From NCBI GenBank assembly GCA_040766585.1, contig JAXGQE010000010.1, positions 63,117 to 127,116 of the forward strand: DNA of 64,000 bases, written 5' to 3'. Shown here piece by piece: positions 29,264 to 38,671 of the stretch; the stretch's first letter is position 1, and each line of letters opens with the position of its first letter. The translations under genes were made by a program, and so were the position numbers. The notes beneath the pieces were generated by a model, which ran no database searches, was not told the origin of the DNA, and saw only the letters and a program-made list of their open reading frames with translations. The stretch comes from Candidatus Sumerlaeota bacterium (lineage in GTDB: Bacteria; Bacillota; SLNR01).

Positions 29264-29306
29264 AATCTTCTGAGCAATAAATGGAATGAAAGGGGGACAG
29301 ATACAC

Positions 29307-29435
29307 ATGGCACAGTGGGTATGTGAAAAGTGCGGACACAGCCAAGAAGGGCGCTGCAAACCGAAAAAGTGTCCGGCGTGCGGTGAAAGCGGCACTTTTG
29401 TTAAAGATGCAGCTGCCGAAGAGAAGAAGAAATAG
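29307..29435 (+). CDS. rubredoxin-like zinc-ribbon mini-protein (RCKP-type)
   Basis: 42-aa ORF below the track cutoff: MAQWVCEKCGHSQEGRCKPKKCPACGESG... with CxxC-x12-CxxC; RBS AAAGGGGGA 9 nt upstream; ends 16 nt before the aldo/keto reductase start. Confidence 0.55.
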   Translation: MAQWVCEKCGHSQEGRCKPKKCPACGESGTFVKDAAAEEKKK

Positions 29436-29451
29436 CGGGGGAGGGATCCAT

Positions 29452-30411
29452 ATGGAAATGAGAAAGCTGGGCAACAGCGGTCTGGAAGTGACGGAGCTTT
29501 GCTTTGGCGTACTGCCTATGGGGCCTCTGCAGGCGGATATTTCCCGAGAGGAAGCCGTGTCCCTCCTGGTAGAAGGGATGAAAAAAGGGATAACTTTTTT
29601 TGATACAGCCGAAAGCTACCGGACCCAGGAATACCTGGGTGAGGCGATTCGAAAGGCTGGTCTCAGCGAAGAATCCCTGGTGGTAGCCACAAAATCAGCT
29701 GCCGTCAGCTACGAAGAGATGGAAATCAGCATTCAAAAATCTTTGAAAGAACTGGGACTGCCCTACATCCATATTTATCATCTGCATGCTGCCCGGGTTA
29801 CCGCTGCTGTGTTTGAAGAACGAGCAGGGGCTCTGCAGTGTCTGAAAGACTACCAGGCAAAAGGGTTGATTAAGGCAGTGGGAATTTCAACTCATGCTGT
29901 GGATGTGGTTGAAAAAGCAGCTACCCATCCTGACATTGATGTAATCTTTCCATTGATCAACCGGACCGGAATGGGCATCCTGGCTGGAACCAAAGAAGAT
30001 ATGATCGCCGCCATCAGCAAAGCGGCCGATGCCGGGAAAGGGATATATGCCATGAAAGCGCTGTCTGGAGGCCATCTGATTGATGATCTAAAAGGCGCTT
30101 TCGGCTATGTGCGGGACTTAAAGGGGGTCGAGGCTGTAGCGGTGGGGATGGTCCATCCCAATGAACTGGAAGTTAACTTCAAAATTTTTGACGATCCCTC
30201 CTATGAACCGGGACCGGATGCAGTATCTCACCGCAAGAAAAAGAGACTGATGGTCATGGGTTTTTGCATCGGCTGTGGCCGCTGTGTGGAAGCCTGCCCC
30301 AATCACGCGCTGCACCTGGAGAACAAAAAAGCGATGGTGGATCATGAAAAATGCATACTTTGCGGCTACTGCAGCGGAGTATGTCCCATGTTTGCCCTGC
30401 GTCTGATTTAA
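29452..30411 (+). CDS. aldo/keto reductase fused to a C-terminal 2x[4Fe-4S] ferredoxin domain
   Basis: ORF 29323-30411 reads through the preceding mini-gene in another frame; start reset to ATG 29452 behind GGGAGGG. C-terminus CIGCGRCVEACP ... CILCGYCSGVCP. Confidence 0.85.
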   Translation: MEMRKLGNSGLEVTELCFGVLPMGPLQADISREEAVSLLVEGMKKGITFFDTAESYRTQEYLGEAIRKAGLSEESLVVATKSAAVSYEEMEISIQKSLKELGLPYIHIYHLHAARVTAAVFEERAGALQCLKDYQAKGLIKAVGISTHAVDVVEKAATHPDIDVIFPLINRTGMGILAGTKEDMIAAISKAADAGKGIYAMKALSGGHLIDDLKGAFGYVRDLKGVEAVAVGMVHPNELEVNFKIFDDPSYEPGPDAVSHRKKKRLMVMGFCIGCGRCVEACPNHALHLENKKAMVDHEKCILCGYCSGVCPMFALRLI

Positions 30412-30491
30412 TCTGGAATTTCGCGGCGGGATCTTTGCCGTATGAATCTGTGATCGGATACGACCCATTACAAATATAGGAGGAGATGTGG

Positions 30492-30989
30492 ATGAAAACC
30501 AAAGAGAATCTGATGGCTGCTTTTGGCGGAGAGTCCCAGGCCAACCGCAAATACCTGGCTTTTTCAAAAAAAGCAGAAAAAGAAGGCTACAAGAATGTGT
30601 CCAGGATCTTTGCGGCCATTGCGGAAGCTGAAACAATCCATGCTTTGAAACATTTCGAAATCGCTGGCAAAGTCGGAAGTACACTGGAGAATCTGAAAGC
30701 TGCCTCCGAGGGTGAAGAGTATGAATTCACGGAAATGTATCCAGAGTTTATCGAAACGGCCAAAGCCGAAGACGACAAAAAGGCGCTCCAAACATTGGAA
30801 TATGCCAATGCAGCGGAGAAAGTTCACGGAGGTATATTTGCCGACCTGGAAAAACAGGTGGCTGGTGGAAGCGACGCAGAAGCAGGAGAAGTCCATCTTT
30901 GCCCGGTATGCGGATGGGTAGGTTTTGAACCGATTCCGGAACGGTGCCCCATATGCAATACAGTCAAGTCAGTATTTCGGATCTTCTAA
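30492..30989 (+). CDS. rubrerythrin
   Basis: Start at ATG 30492 behind AGGAGGAG (7-nt spacing); di-iron ExxH motifs (AEAETIHALKH, AEKVHGG) and C-terminal rubredoxin motif CPVCG...CPICN. Confidence 0.88.
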   Translation: MKTKENLMAAFGGESQANRKYLAFSKKAEKEGYKNVSRIFAAIAEAETIHALKHFEIAGKVGSTLENLKAASEGEEYEFTEMYPEFIETAKAEDDKKALQTLEYANAAEKVHGGIFADLEKQVAGGSDAEAGEVHLCPVCGWVGFEPIPERCPICNTVKSVFRIF

Positions 30990-31110
30990 GACACATAAAT
31001 TGAATACACGGCATGGTTTCTTGAGCCAATGGCAGGATTCAGATCAATTTTGCTGAGCCGGCTGGTGAAACCAAAGGACATCTTTGCCGCGGTTTTCATC
31101 GGACGCAATA

Positions 31111-31139
31111 TTGACATCCGAATGAGAATTCGATACAAT
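31111..31139 (+). promoter_or_regulatory. sigma-A-type promoter driving the riboswitch-ATPase transcript
   Basis: TTGACA (31111-31116), 17-nt spacer, TACAAT (31134-31139). Confidence 0.7.
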
Positions 31140-31147
31140 AATTTTGT

Positions 31148-31290
31148 CGAAATGAAGGGGAGTAGCTCACAGTAGTCACTGTCCGTCAGGGCGTCAATCC
31201 GGCGAAAGCCCGCTCTGCCGGCCAAGAAGTTTTGGCGAGCAAGACCTTTGTTCCGGTTCCAAAGAACCGGAATAGGGGTCTTTTTTTTGA
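31148..31290 (+). promoter_or_regulatory. candidate yybP-ykoY (Mn2+-sensing) riboswitch with terminator-type expression platform
   Basis: Contains GGGGAGTAGC (31157-31166), GGGCGTCAA, CCGGCGAAAGCCCG and GCAAGACC, which I recognise as yybP-ykoY core segments; ends in a hairpin plus T8 (31252-31288), 39 nt before the ATPase start. Confidence 0.65.
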
Positions 31291-31326
31291 GCAAAGACCC
31301 TGCACTACTATCCGGGAGGTCTTACC

Positions 31327-34089
31327 ATGGAAAGTGAAAAATGCTGGTCGTTAGAGGAATCGGAAGCAGTATGTCATCGTCTGCAGACCAATCTGGAATC
31401 AGGATTAACTTCGGAAGCCGTGCAGCGGAAGATCAAAGAATACGGAATGAATGAGCTGGAGGAAAGGGAGAAAATATCACCCTGGGCCATTTTTGCTGCC
31501 CAGTTCAAGGATTTTATGGTACTGGTCCTTCTGGGAGCGGCGCTGTTGTCCGGCGTACTGGGGGAACTGGTGGACACTTTTGCGATTGCTGCCATCATTC
31601 TGATCAATGCAGTTTTGGGATTCGTTCAGGAATATCGGGCGGAGCAGTCCATGGCGGCTTTGAGGGAAATGTCAGCCCCCACAGCGCAGGTGGTGAGAGA
31701 AGGCCGGATCCAGGTGATTCCTGCCCGCCAGCTGGTACCCGGGGATCTGGTGGTCCTGGAATCCGGCGATAAAGTACCGGCAGATGGACGACTGGTGGAG
31801 GTCAGTAATTTGCGCATTGATGAGTCCATGCTGACGGGGGAATCCAAACCATCCAAAAAAATCGCTGTTCCTCTGGAACAGGAGGCGGCTGGCCCTGCCG
31901 ATAAGAAGAACATGTCGTTTATGGGAACCATCGTCACGGATGGGCGGGGGCACATGATTGTTACAGAAACCGGCATGAAAACAGAAATGGGCCGTATAGC
32001 CCATATGATCCAGTCCGTACAAGAGGAACAAACACCCCTGCAGAAGAAACTGGATCATCTGGGGAAGCTTCTGGTGGTGGGGTGTCTGCTGATTTGTGTA
32101 GTTGTAGCAGTTACAGGGATTCTTCGCGGTGAAGATCCACTGATGATGCTAATGGTGGGAATCAGTCTTGCCGTGGCGGCGATTCCGGAAGGACTGCCGG
32201 CCATTGTAACTGTATCTTTGGCCATTGGTGTTCAGAAAATGATAAAGCGCCACGCTTTGATCCGCAGCCTGCCGGCCGTTGAGACACTGGGATGCACCAA
32301 TTTCATCTGTTCGGATAAAACCGGTACACTGACAGAAAACAAGATGACCCTTAGAAAGATATATACCAACGGCCAGATCTTTGATATTACCGGAGTCGGT
32401 TACAGTCCAGTGGGTGAGTTCCGCCATCAGGAGCGACCGGTTACTGAAGAGGAATTTGAACAGCTGCGTCGGCTGCTGCAAATCGGAACGCTGGCATCCA
32501 ATGCCAACCTGATCGAAGCAGGAACGCATCTGGATGAAGCCACCACCGATACCGGAAATGGAGACTGGACCATCAGCGGAGACCCCACCGAAGGGGCCAT
32601 TGTTGTGGCAGCTGCCAAAGCCGGTGTCTGGAAGGAGCAGTTGAAAACCGAATGCACCCGGGTACTGGAACTTCCCTTTGATTCAGACCGCAAGCGAATG
32701 TCCACGGTCTGCCACACTCCCGCGGACAATGGCATTGTCAGCGTCAAAGGGGCTGCAGAATCGCTTTTGGATTTGTGCGACGGAATTTGGGAAGCGGGAT
32801 ATATTAAGAAAATGACACCGGAAGATCGGGTCCGGGTGACTCGCATGAACGAGGAAATGGCATCCATGGCCCTGCGAGTCCTGGGGATAGCTTACAAAGA
32901 TGTGGGCAGCCCTGGGGAGGTGACTCCGGAAACGGCCGAGTCCGGCCTGATATTTGCCGGGCTGGTGGGCATGATTGATCCGCCCCGGGAAGAAGCCCGG
33001 GCAGCCATTGCCCGTTGTGACCGGGCAGGCATCAAGACAGTCATGATCACCGGAGATCATCGCCTGACGGCTGAGGCTATCGGCAAAGAGCTGGAAATAC
33101 TCAAAGACGGAGACTCCATTTTAACTGGGGAAGACTTGAACCGAATGTCCGTGGAAGAGCTGTCTCACAATGCAGAGAAAGTGTCCGTTTACGCTCGGGT
33201 GGCACCGCATCACAAACTGAATATTGTCAAAGCACTGGAAGAAAGAGGCCATATCGTGGCCATGACCGGAGACGGGGTCAACGATGCTCCGGCCGTAAAA
33301 GAAGCGGGTATCGGGGTGGCCATGGGAATCACCGGGACCGATGTGACCAAGGAAGCTTCATCGATGATTTTGATGGATGACAACTTTGCTACCATCGTAG
33401 CTGCGGTGGAAGAAGGAAGAGCCATCTATGACAATATTCGAAAATTTATCCGGTATCTGCTGTCCTGCAATGTGGGTGAAGTATTAACGATGTTTATTGC
33501 ATCCCTCATGGGGATGCCACTGCCGCTGCTGCCCATCCAGATTCTTTGGGTGAATCTGGCTACTGACGGTCTGCCGGCCATTGCTCTGGGGCTGGATCCT
33601 TCAGATTCCGGCATTATGGAACGGGCTCCTCGAGGATCCAACGAAACGGTCTTTTCCAGAGGATTGAGTCGGATCATCATTTTGAGGGGTGTGGTCATCA
33701 GTGTCATCACTTTGCTGGCTTTTGCCCTATCCCTGGAGCAGTTTCCCGGGAATCTGACGCTGGCCCGGACAACGGCATTTTCCGTTCTGGTTATATCTCA
33801 GCTGATGCATGTGTTTGAGTGCCGGTCAGAAACAAAGAACATCTGGGAAATCGGATTTTTTACGAATCTGTACCTGGTGGGGGCCGTATGCATATCCCTG
33901 TTGATGCTGCTGCTGGTTATTTATGTGCCGGCTATGCAGCCGGTTTTCAGAACCATACCGCTGGATACAGGACATTGGCTGTTTGCTTTGGGGCTGGGAG
34001 CGGCCGGATCATTGTTGATGAGGGTTCTGCTGTGGGCCGCCGGATACATTTTAGGACCGGTATCTCTGCCCGATGTAAAGAAGGTGTAA
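31327..34089 (+). CDS. P2-type (SERCA/PMCA-like) cation-transporting ATPase; probably a Mn2+/Ca2+ efflux pump
   Basis: 920 aa; DKTGTLT phosphorylation motif, [10 protein letters not shown], 10-TM architecture; RBS GGGAGG 6 nt upstream; riboswitch-like leader. Confidence 0.92.
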   Translation: MESEKCWSLEESEAVCHRLQTNLESGLTSEAVQRKIKEYGMNELEEREKISPWAIFAAQFKDFMVLVLLGAALLSGVLGELVDTFAIAAIILINAVLGFVQEYRAEQSMAALREMSAPTAQVVREGRIQVIPARQLVPGDLVVLESGDKVPADGRLVEVSNLRIDESMLTGESKPSKKIAVPLEQEAAGPADKKNMSFMGTIVTDGRGHMIVTETGMKTEMGRIAHMIQSVQEEQTPLQKKLDHLGKLLVVGCLLICVVVAVTGILRGEDPLMMLMVGISLAVAAIPEGLPAIVTVSLAIGVQKMIKRHALIRSLPAVETLGCTNFICSDKTGTLTENKMTLRKIYTNGQIFDITGVGYSPVGEFRHQERPVTEEEFEQLRRLLQIGTLASNANLIEAGTHLDEATTDTGNGDWTISGDPTEGAIVVAAAKAGVWKEQLKTECTRVLELPFDSDRKRMSTVCHTPADNGIVSVKGAAESLLDLCDGIWEAGYIKKMTPEDRVRVTRMNEEMASMALRVLGIAYKDVGSPGEVTPETAESGLIFAGLVGMIDPPREEARAAIARCDRAGIKTVMITGDHRLTAEAIGKELEILKDGDSILTGEDLNRMSVEELSHNAEKVSVYARVAPHHKLNIVKALEERGHIVAMTGDGVNDAPAVKEAGIGVAMGITGTDVTKEASSMILMDDNFATIVAAVEEGRAIYDNIRKFIRYLLSCNVGEVLTMFIASLMGMPLPLLPIQILWVNLATDGLPAIALGLDPSDSGIMERAPRGSNETVFSRGLSRIIILRGVVISVITLLAFALSLEQFPGNLTLARTTAFSVLVISQLMHVFECRSETKNIWEIGFFTNLYLVGAVCISLLMLLLVIYVPAMQPVFRTIPLDTGHWLFALGLGAAGSLLMRVLLWAAGYILGPVSLPDVKKV

Positions 34090-34092
34090 GGA

Positions 34093-34121
34093 TTGCCAGG
34101 GCATTTAATATTGGTTATAAT
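34093..34121 (+). promoter_or_regulatory. sigma-A-type promoter of csoR
   Basis: TTGCCA (34093-34098), 17-nt spacer, TATAAT (34116-34121); about 150-nt leader to csoR. Confidence 0.6.
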
Positions 34122-34275
34122 AATGAAAAGGATACTGTAAATGGTCCATATTTCCCCTTCCGGATGATGGGGAACAGAAATGGGTATTCTTCAGCCGGAG
34201 TCTGACAAGAGCAGTCCGAAAAAATGGAAGTCAGCCTTCATTCCGTGGCAATGATGCATGAAGGGGGCGTCGAAC

Positions 34276-34563
34276 ATGAAAAAGCCGGATCAGCCGCAGA
34301 ACAGTTTCGATAAAAAGAAACTGCAGGCACGATTGCGCAGGATTGAAGGACAAATACGCGGTCTGCAGAAGATGATTGACGAGGATCGGTATTGTGTGGA
34401 TGTACTGGTGCAGATTGCCGCTGCCCGGGCAGCATTAAACCGGGTTGGCATGGCTGTGCTGGAAAAACACACTCGAGGGTGTGTGGTAAATGCCATTGCT
34501 CACGATCGGGGTGACGAAGCGGTGGATGAGCTGATGGATGTATTGATGCGGTTTATTCAATAA
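34276..34563 (+). CDS. csoR: CsoR/RcnR-family metal-sensing transcriptional repressor (copper-sensing CsoR type)
   Basis: ORF 34258-34563, start at ATG 34276; RLRRIEGQIRGLQKMIDEDRYCVDVLVQIAAARAAL with the family's Cys/His positions. Confidence 0.85.
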   Translation: MKKPDQPQNSFDKKKLQARLRRIEGQIRGLQKMIDEDRYCVDVLVQIAAARAALNRVGMAVLEKHTRGCVVNAIAHDRGDEAVDELMDVLMRFIQ

Positions 34564-34564
34564 A

Positions 34565-34597
34565 AACAAAGTCCCGGTGATATTTCACCGGGACTTT
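34565..34597. terminator. bidirectional intrinsic terminator
   Basis: Perfect 9-bp stem GTCCCGGTG/CACCGGGAC with ATATTT loop, flanked by A-rich and T-rich tracts. Confidence 0.75.
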
Positions 34598-34639
34598 GAT
34601 ATAAGCTGACTATCTCGATAGATGCAGAGCGGCTCTTTC

Positions 34640-34942
34640 TTAGAGGATGCCGCCTCCCTTGACATAATCGATTCCTGTTTCACCAATCATGCTTTCCGAC
34701 TCACGGATCAGCTGAGACATGTTCAAATCGGCATAGGTGCCGTATTGGGCCAAGAGTGCTTCCATTTCGTCCAGCACGTTCTCCTCGGCTGTTGCATCGA
34801 CGCGAATGCAGTATTTCCCGATCCGTCTGTAGAGGCCTACGGTGTTGCAGAATGATCCGTACTTTTCATCCAGGGCAAGAACGGCTTCTTTGAGAGTCTC
34901 GAATTCTTTCATCTGATAGACCATTATACGCTGTTTGGCCAT
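34640..34942 (-). CDS. hypothetical protein
   Basis: ORF 34640-34957, start at ATG 34942 (MAKQRIMVYQ...) behind GGGGGGAA; 100 aa; no family recognised. Confidence 0.45.
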   Translation of the reverse strand: MAKQRIMVYQMKEFETLKEAVLALDEKYGSFCNTVGLYRRIGKYCIRVDATAEENVLDEMEALLAQYGTYADLNMSQLIRESESMIGETGIDYVKGGGIL

Positions 34943-35033
34943 GTACATTCCCCCCAAAAAGATTTTCTGGGCATATTATATCATATTGGAGCGGCATCTG
35001 TCATAAAAAGACTGTTTGAGAGGGGTAGTTTGT

Positions 35034-35768
35034 ATGCGGAATCGACTCTATACTGATTTGGCAAACCTGTTTCCCGTCATTACACCCCGAGAGCATTATC
35101 GGGAAGAAGCAAAGTTTTGGTCGAGTATTCTCCGTTCAGCTTTGGGTGCAGGGGCCCACCGGATCCTGGAGATGGGAGTGGGGGGAGGGCACCTGCTTTC
35201 ATACCTGAGAGACGATTTTTCTGCTACTGCAGTTGATCTTTCGGCCACCATGCTGGCTTTGTCGAAAAAGCTGAATCCCACCGTACGCCATATTCAGGGG
35301 GATATGCGCTCTTTGGACCTGGACGAGAAGTTCGATGCAGTTTTAATCCACGATGCTGTCAGTTATCTGCTCTCGGAGAACGATATCCGAGCGACAGCTC
35401 AAACAGCCCTTACCCATCTGCGAGCCGGAGGATTGCTGGTGATGGCACCGGACTACTTCAAAGAGACTTTCATTCCGGATCGCATTTCTTCATTTACGAA
35501 TATCCTGGATGATCAGACAGTTACATTTATTGAGCATACCTGGGATCCGAATCCCGATGATACGGAAATTGAAGTCAACATGTTCTTCCTGATCAAGAAA
35601 AACGGGAAGATGATCATCGAAGAGGATATTCATCATCTGGGATTGTTTCAGCGTGATGTCTGGGAAAGAATCCTGCAGGAAACCGGGTTTTCTGTGAAAT
35701 GGATTCCCAGTCCCCACAAAGAACCTGGGACTGGCGGATATCTGATCTCGGCCTATGCTGATACTTGA
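35034..35768 (+). CDS. class I SAM-dependent methyltransferase
   Basis: SAM-binding motif ILEMGVGGGHLLSYL and downstream acidic residue typical of Rossmann-fold methyltransferases; start at ATG 35034. Confidence 0.75.
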   Translation: MRNRLYTDLANLFPVITPREHYREEAKFWSSILRSALGAGAHRILEMGVGGGHLLSYLRDDFSATAVDLSATMLALSKKLNPTVRHIQGDMRSLDLDEKFDAVLIHDAVSYLLSENDIRATAQTALTHLRAGGLLVMAPDYFKETFIPDRISSFTNILDDQTVTFIEHTWDPNPDDTEIEVNMFFLIKKNGKMIIEEDIHHLGLFQRDVWERILQETGFSVKWIPSPHKEPGTGGYLISAYADT

Positions 35769-35842
35769 AGTCAAGGACGCAATCATGTATAATGAATGAC
35801 AGATTCATATCGAATTGAAAGGTCTTAAAGGAGGTAGATTGC

Positions 35843-36322
35843 GTGAGGCCAAGTTTTCTAATGAACAGGACCCCCACAAAGTTCGGTCCTCCTCCGAAAG
35901 AGGAGTTGGAAGGCGGTTTGAAGGACTTGCTGGAAGCGAGTCTGGAGGAAGGGGAAAAGGTGTTGGTCTGCACTCCGGGCGGTATGGGTGAGGCGTTGGT
36001 GGGCACAGACAACCGTGTCATGGCGCTGAAATGTGGTTTCATGGCTGGAGCCTACAAAGAACCGATTTGCTTTTCATTCCCCTATGAGGAGATCTATCTG
36101 TTTGAGTGGGGTCGTAAGCGCCGCATTTTGGAGATTATTCCCTACGACGATATCAAGAAGAAAAAAGCAGTCATTACGTTCTTGCCTTTCCATGACAAAG
36201 CATTCGGGAATGCTGTGAATTTCATGGCAAAGAAAGTAGTGGAAACCCGCAAAAAGAACCCGGAAATAGCCGATAAAGCATTGCGTCAGGCTCAGGAAGA
36301 AGCCAAGAAAATGCGCTGGTAA
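35843..36322 (+). CDS. hypothetical protein
   Basis: 159 aa; GTG start behind AAAGGAGGT (7-nt spacing); followed by a terminator. Confidence 0.5.
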   Translation: MRPSFLMNRTPTKFGPPPKEELEGGLKDLLEASLEEGEKVLVCTPGGMGEALVGTDNRVMALKCGFMAGAYKEPICFSFPYEEIYLFEWGRKRRILEIIPYDDIKKKKAVITFLPFHDKAFGNAVNFMAKKVVETRKKNPEIADKALRQAQEEAKKMRW

Positions 36323-36335
36323 GTTCGATTTTTAC

Positions 36336-36360
36336 TGCCCGACTGCTGTCGGGTTTTTTA
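36336..36360 (+). terminator. intrinsic terminator
   Basis: Hairpin CCCGAC-TGCT-GTCGGG followed by TTTTTT. Confidence 0.7.
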
Positions 36361-36489
36361 CTGTAAGGGAAAATTTTACAGCAGAAGGAAAGCGGAGATA
36401 AAATCGCGAATCTTTACAGGAAAGGTTTTTAATAAACCGGCTGCTGATACAGCTGCATGCCGGACATTATACACAAGGAGCGTGACAGT

Positions 36490-37242
36490 ATGAAACCGTT
36501 AATTGGGATTACTGGGAATGTAATGTTTTCTATGGACCTGGGGATCGATCCCCGTATGGCACATATAGTGCCTGAGTTTAATTCGTCACCGCGGGATTAT
36601 ACCGAAGCAGTCAAGGCTGCCGGTGGGATTCCGGTGGTTATTCCGCTGTGCACTGATGAGGATCTGTTGAAAGAAACTCTGGATAAGCTGGATGGAGTCC
36701 TGTTGACCGGTGGAGAAGATGTAGATCCGCTTAATTATGGTGAGGATTACAATCATCGAATTGAACTGGTCAGCCCGATTCGGGACAAATTTGATATGAC
36801 CGTGGCCAGGCTGGCAATGGATCGAGATATGCCGATTCTCGGGATCTGCCGCGGATGCCAGATTATCAATGTCACGGAAGGTGGGACATTGTATCAGGAT
36901 ATCAGTTCGCAGGTGAAAGACTCACTGCGTCATCCTTTGGTAGGTATTACCCCCAAATGGCACAAATCCCATCTGGTTACCCTGGATCCCGAATCCAAAC
37001 TGGCAGGCATCTACGGGACCCGTGAAATGTGGACCAACGGTTTCCATCATCAGGCAGTCAAAGATGTGGCAGAGACCATGAAAGCCGTGGGGCATACCAA
37101 AGACGGCATGGTGGAAGCCATTGAAAGCAAAAAGCATACGTTCGTTGTCGGTGTTCAATGGCATCCGGAAATGATGCTGGAAAAACACCAGGATGTACTG
37201 CCTTTGTTTGAATCATTCGTGAAAGCGGCTCAAAGCAAATAG
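36490..37242 (+). CDS. class I glutamine amidotransferase-like / peptidase C26 hydrolase (gamma-glutamyl-GABA hydrolase PuuD-like)
   Basis: ORF 36457-37242, start at ATG 36490 behind AAGGAG; catalytic-Cys region ILGICRGCQ and HPE near the C-terminus. Confidence 0.82.
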   Translation: MKPLIGITGNVMFSMDLGIDPRMAHIVPEFNSSPRDYTEAVKAAGGIPVVIPLCTDEDLLKETLDKLDGVLLTGGEDVDPLNYGEDYNHRIELVSPIRDKFDMTVARLAMDRDMPILGICRGCQIINVTEGGTLYQDISSQVKDSLRHPLVGITPKWHKSHLVTLDPESKLAGIYGTREMWTNGFHHQAVKDVAETMKAVGHTKDGMVEAIESKKHTFVVGVQWHPEMMLEKHQDVLPLFESFVKAAQSK

Positions 37243-37264
37243 CAAATAAACGGGAGGTATGTTC

Positions 37265-38599
37265 ATGAGTAAAGGTGGAATCGAGATTAAGACTTCAATT
37301 CCGGGACCCCGATCCACATCTTTGCAGGAACGACGGCAAAAAGTAGTCCCTCGCGGCGCAGCCAGTGCAACCCCTTTGGTAGTTGAAAAAGGACGAGGCG
37401 CCCTTCTGGAAGATGTGGATGGAAACAAGTATCTGGATTTTGCCGGTGGTATCGGTGTGCTGAATGTAGGCTACAGTCATCCGAAGGTAGTGGCCGCGGT
37501 GAAAGACCAGGCGGAAAAGATGTTCCATACCTGTTCGGCTGTTAGCATGTACGAACCGTATATCGATCTGGCTGAAAAACTCACAGCACTGATCCCCGGG
37601 GATTATCCCAAGAAAACGGTTTTCCTCAACAGCGGAGCAGAAGCTGTAGAGAATGCTGTGAAGATTGCCCGCAGCTATAGCAAACGGCCTGCCATCGTTG
37701 TATTCGAAAATGCATTCCACGGACGGACTTTGCTGACCATGTCCATGACAGCAAAGATTGTACCATACAAAGCCAACTTCGGACCTTTTGCTCCTGAAAT
37801 ATATCGTCTGCCTTACCCATATTGCTATCGCTGCCCGTTCGGACTGGAATACGGCAGCTGTGGCATGCGCTGTCTGGAATATATTGAAGAAAGTTTTACC
37901 ACCCATATTGCTCCCGAAGATGTGGCAGCCCTGGTTATCGAAACGGTAGTTGGAGAAGGCGGCTTCCTGGTACCACCTAAAGAATTCCTGCCCGGACTGC
38001 GCAAAATCTGTGAAAAGTACAACATCCTCTTTGTCGCAGACGAGATCCAGTGCGGATACGGACGAACCGGCAAGATGTTTGCCTTTGAACATTATGGAAT
38101 CGTACCGGACCTGGTTACCGTGGCCAAATCCCTGGCAGCCGGACTGCCACTCAGTGCCGTGGTAGGAAAGGCCGATGTGATGGATACAACAGTGATCGGC
38201 GGGCTGGGAGGCACATACAGCGGGAATCCGGTGGCCTTGGCGGCAGGGAATGCGGTCCTGGATGTCATGGAGGAAGAAAAACTGCTGGAAAAAGCCAAAG
38301 TGTTGGGCGATCTGATGATGAAACGATTCAAAGAGATGCAGGAGCGCTATCCGGTTATCGGCGATGTTCGCGGACTGGGAGCCATGGTGGCCATCGAGTT
38401 GGTGGAAGATCGGGAAAGTAAAAAGCCGGCTGCGGATGCAACCAAAAAAATCATGAAATACTGTTACGAACACGGCTTAATCCTGGTAAAAGCTGGGATG
38501 TTTGATAATGTTGTCAGGATGCTTCCTCCTCTGGTAACCACTCCGGAGCAGATGGAGATCGGTCTCGATCTGATTGAAGAAGCACTGAAAACTCTGTAA
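37265..38599 (+). CDS. gabT: 4-aminobutyrate (omega-amino acid) aminotransferase, class III
   Basis: Strong resemblance to E. coli GabT as I recall it (LDFAGGIGVLNVGYSHPKVVAAV, GAEAVENAVKIAR, GDVRGLGAMVAIEL); start at ATG 37265 (7 nt after GGGAGG). Confidence 0.88.
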   Translation: MSKGGIEIKTSIPGPRSTSLQERRQKVVPRGAASATPLVVEKGRGALLEDVDGNKYLDFAGGIGVLNVGYSHPKVVAAVKDQAEKMFHTCSAVSMYEPYIDLAEKLTALIPGDYPKKTVFLNSGAEAVENAVKIARSYSKRPAIVVFENAFHGRTLLTMSMTAKIVPYKANFGPFAPEIYRLPYPYCYRCPFGLEYGSCGMRCLEYIEESFTTHIAPEDVAALVIETVVGEGGFLVPPKEFLPGLRKICEKYNILFVADEIQCGYGRTGKMFAFEHYGIVPDLVTVAKSLAAGLPLSAVVGKADVMDTTVIGGLGGTYSGNPVALAAGNAVLDVMEEEKLLEKAKVLGDLMMKRFKEMQERYPVIGDVRGLGAMVAIELVEDRESKKPAADATKKIMKYCYEHGLILVKAGMFDNVVRMLPPLVTTPEQMEIGLDLIEEALKTL

Positions 38600-38671
38600 T
38601 ACAAAGGACTGCATAAAGACAGATAGGGACGCAGGTCCCTATCTGTTTGACTCTGAAGGCGGGGTGATTGC

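Noticed and set aside
29323-29451. N-terminal extension of the aldo/keto reductase ORF (track start 29323)
   Set aside because: Overlaps, in a different frame, a 42-aa rubredoxin-like ORF with a good RBS; the reductase has its own RBS and ATG at 29452.
30986-31294. 102-aa minus-strand ORF upstream of the P-type ATPase
   Set aside because: Overlaps the promoter and the riboswitch-like leader on the opposite strand; no start context.
36420-36460. Possible sigma-54 promoter (GG-N11-GC in CCGGCTGCTGATACAGCTG) upstream of the AOR operon
   Set aside because: Spacing is 11 rather than the canonical 10 nt, the TGGCAC/TTGCA elements are poorly matched, and no enhancer-binding protein gene is nearby.
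37295-38473. 392-aa ORF on the minus strand
   Set aside because: Antisense to the GabT-like aminotransferase, which shows strong family conservation; no independent start context.
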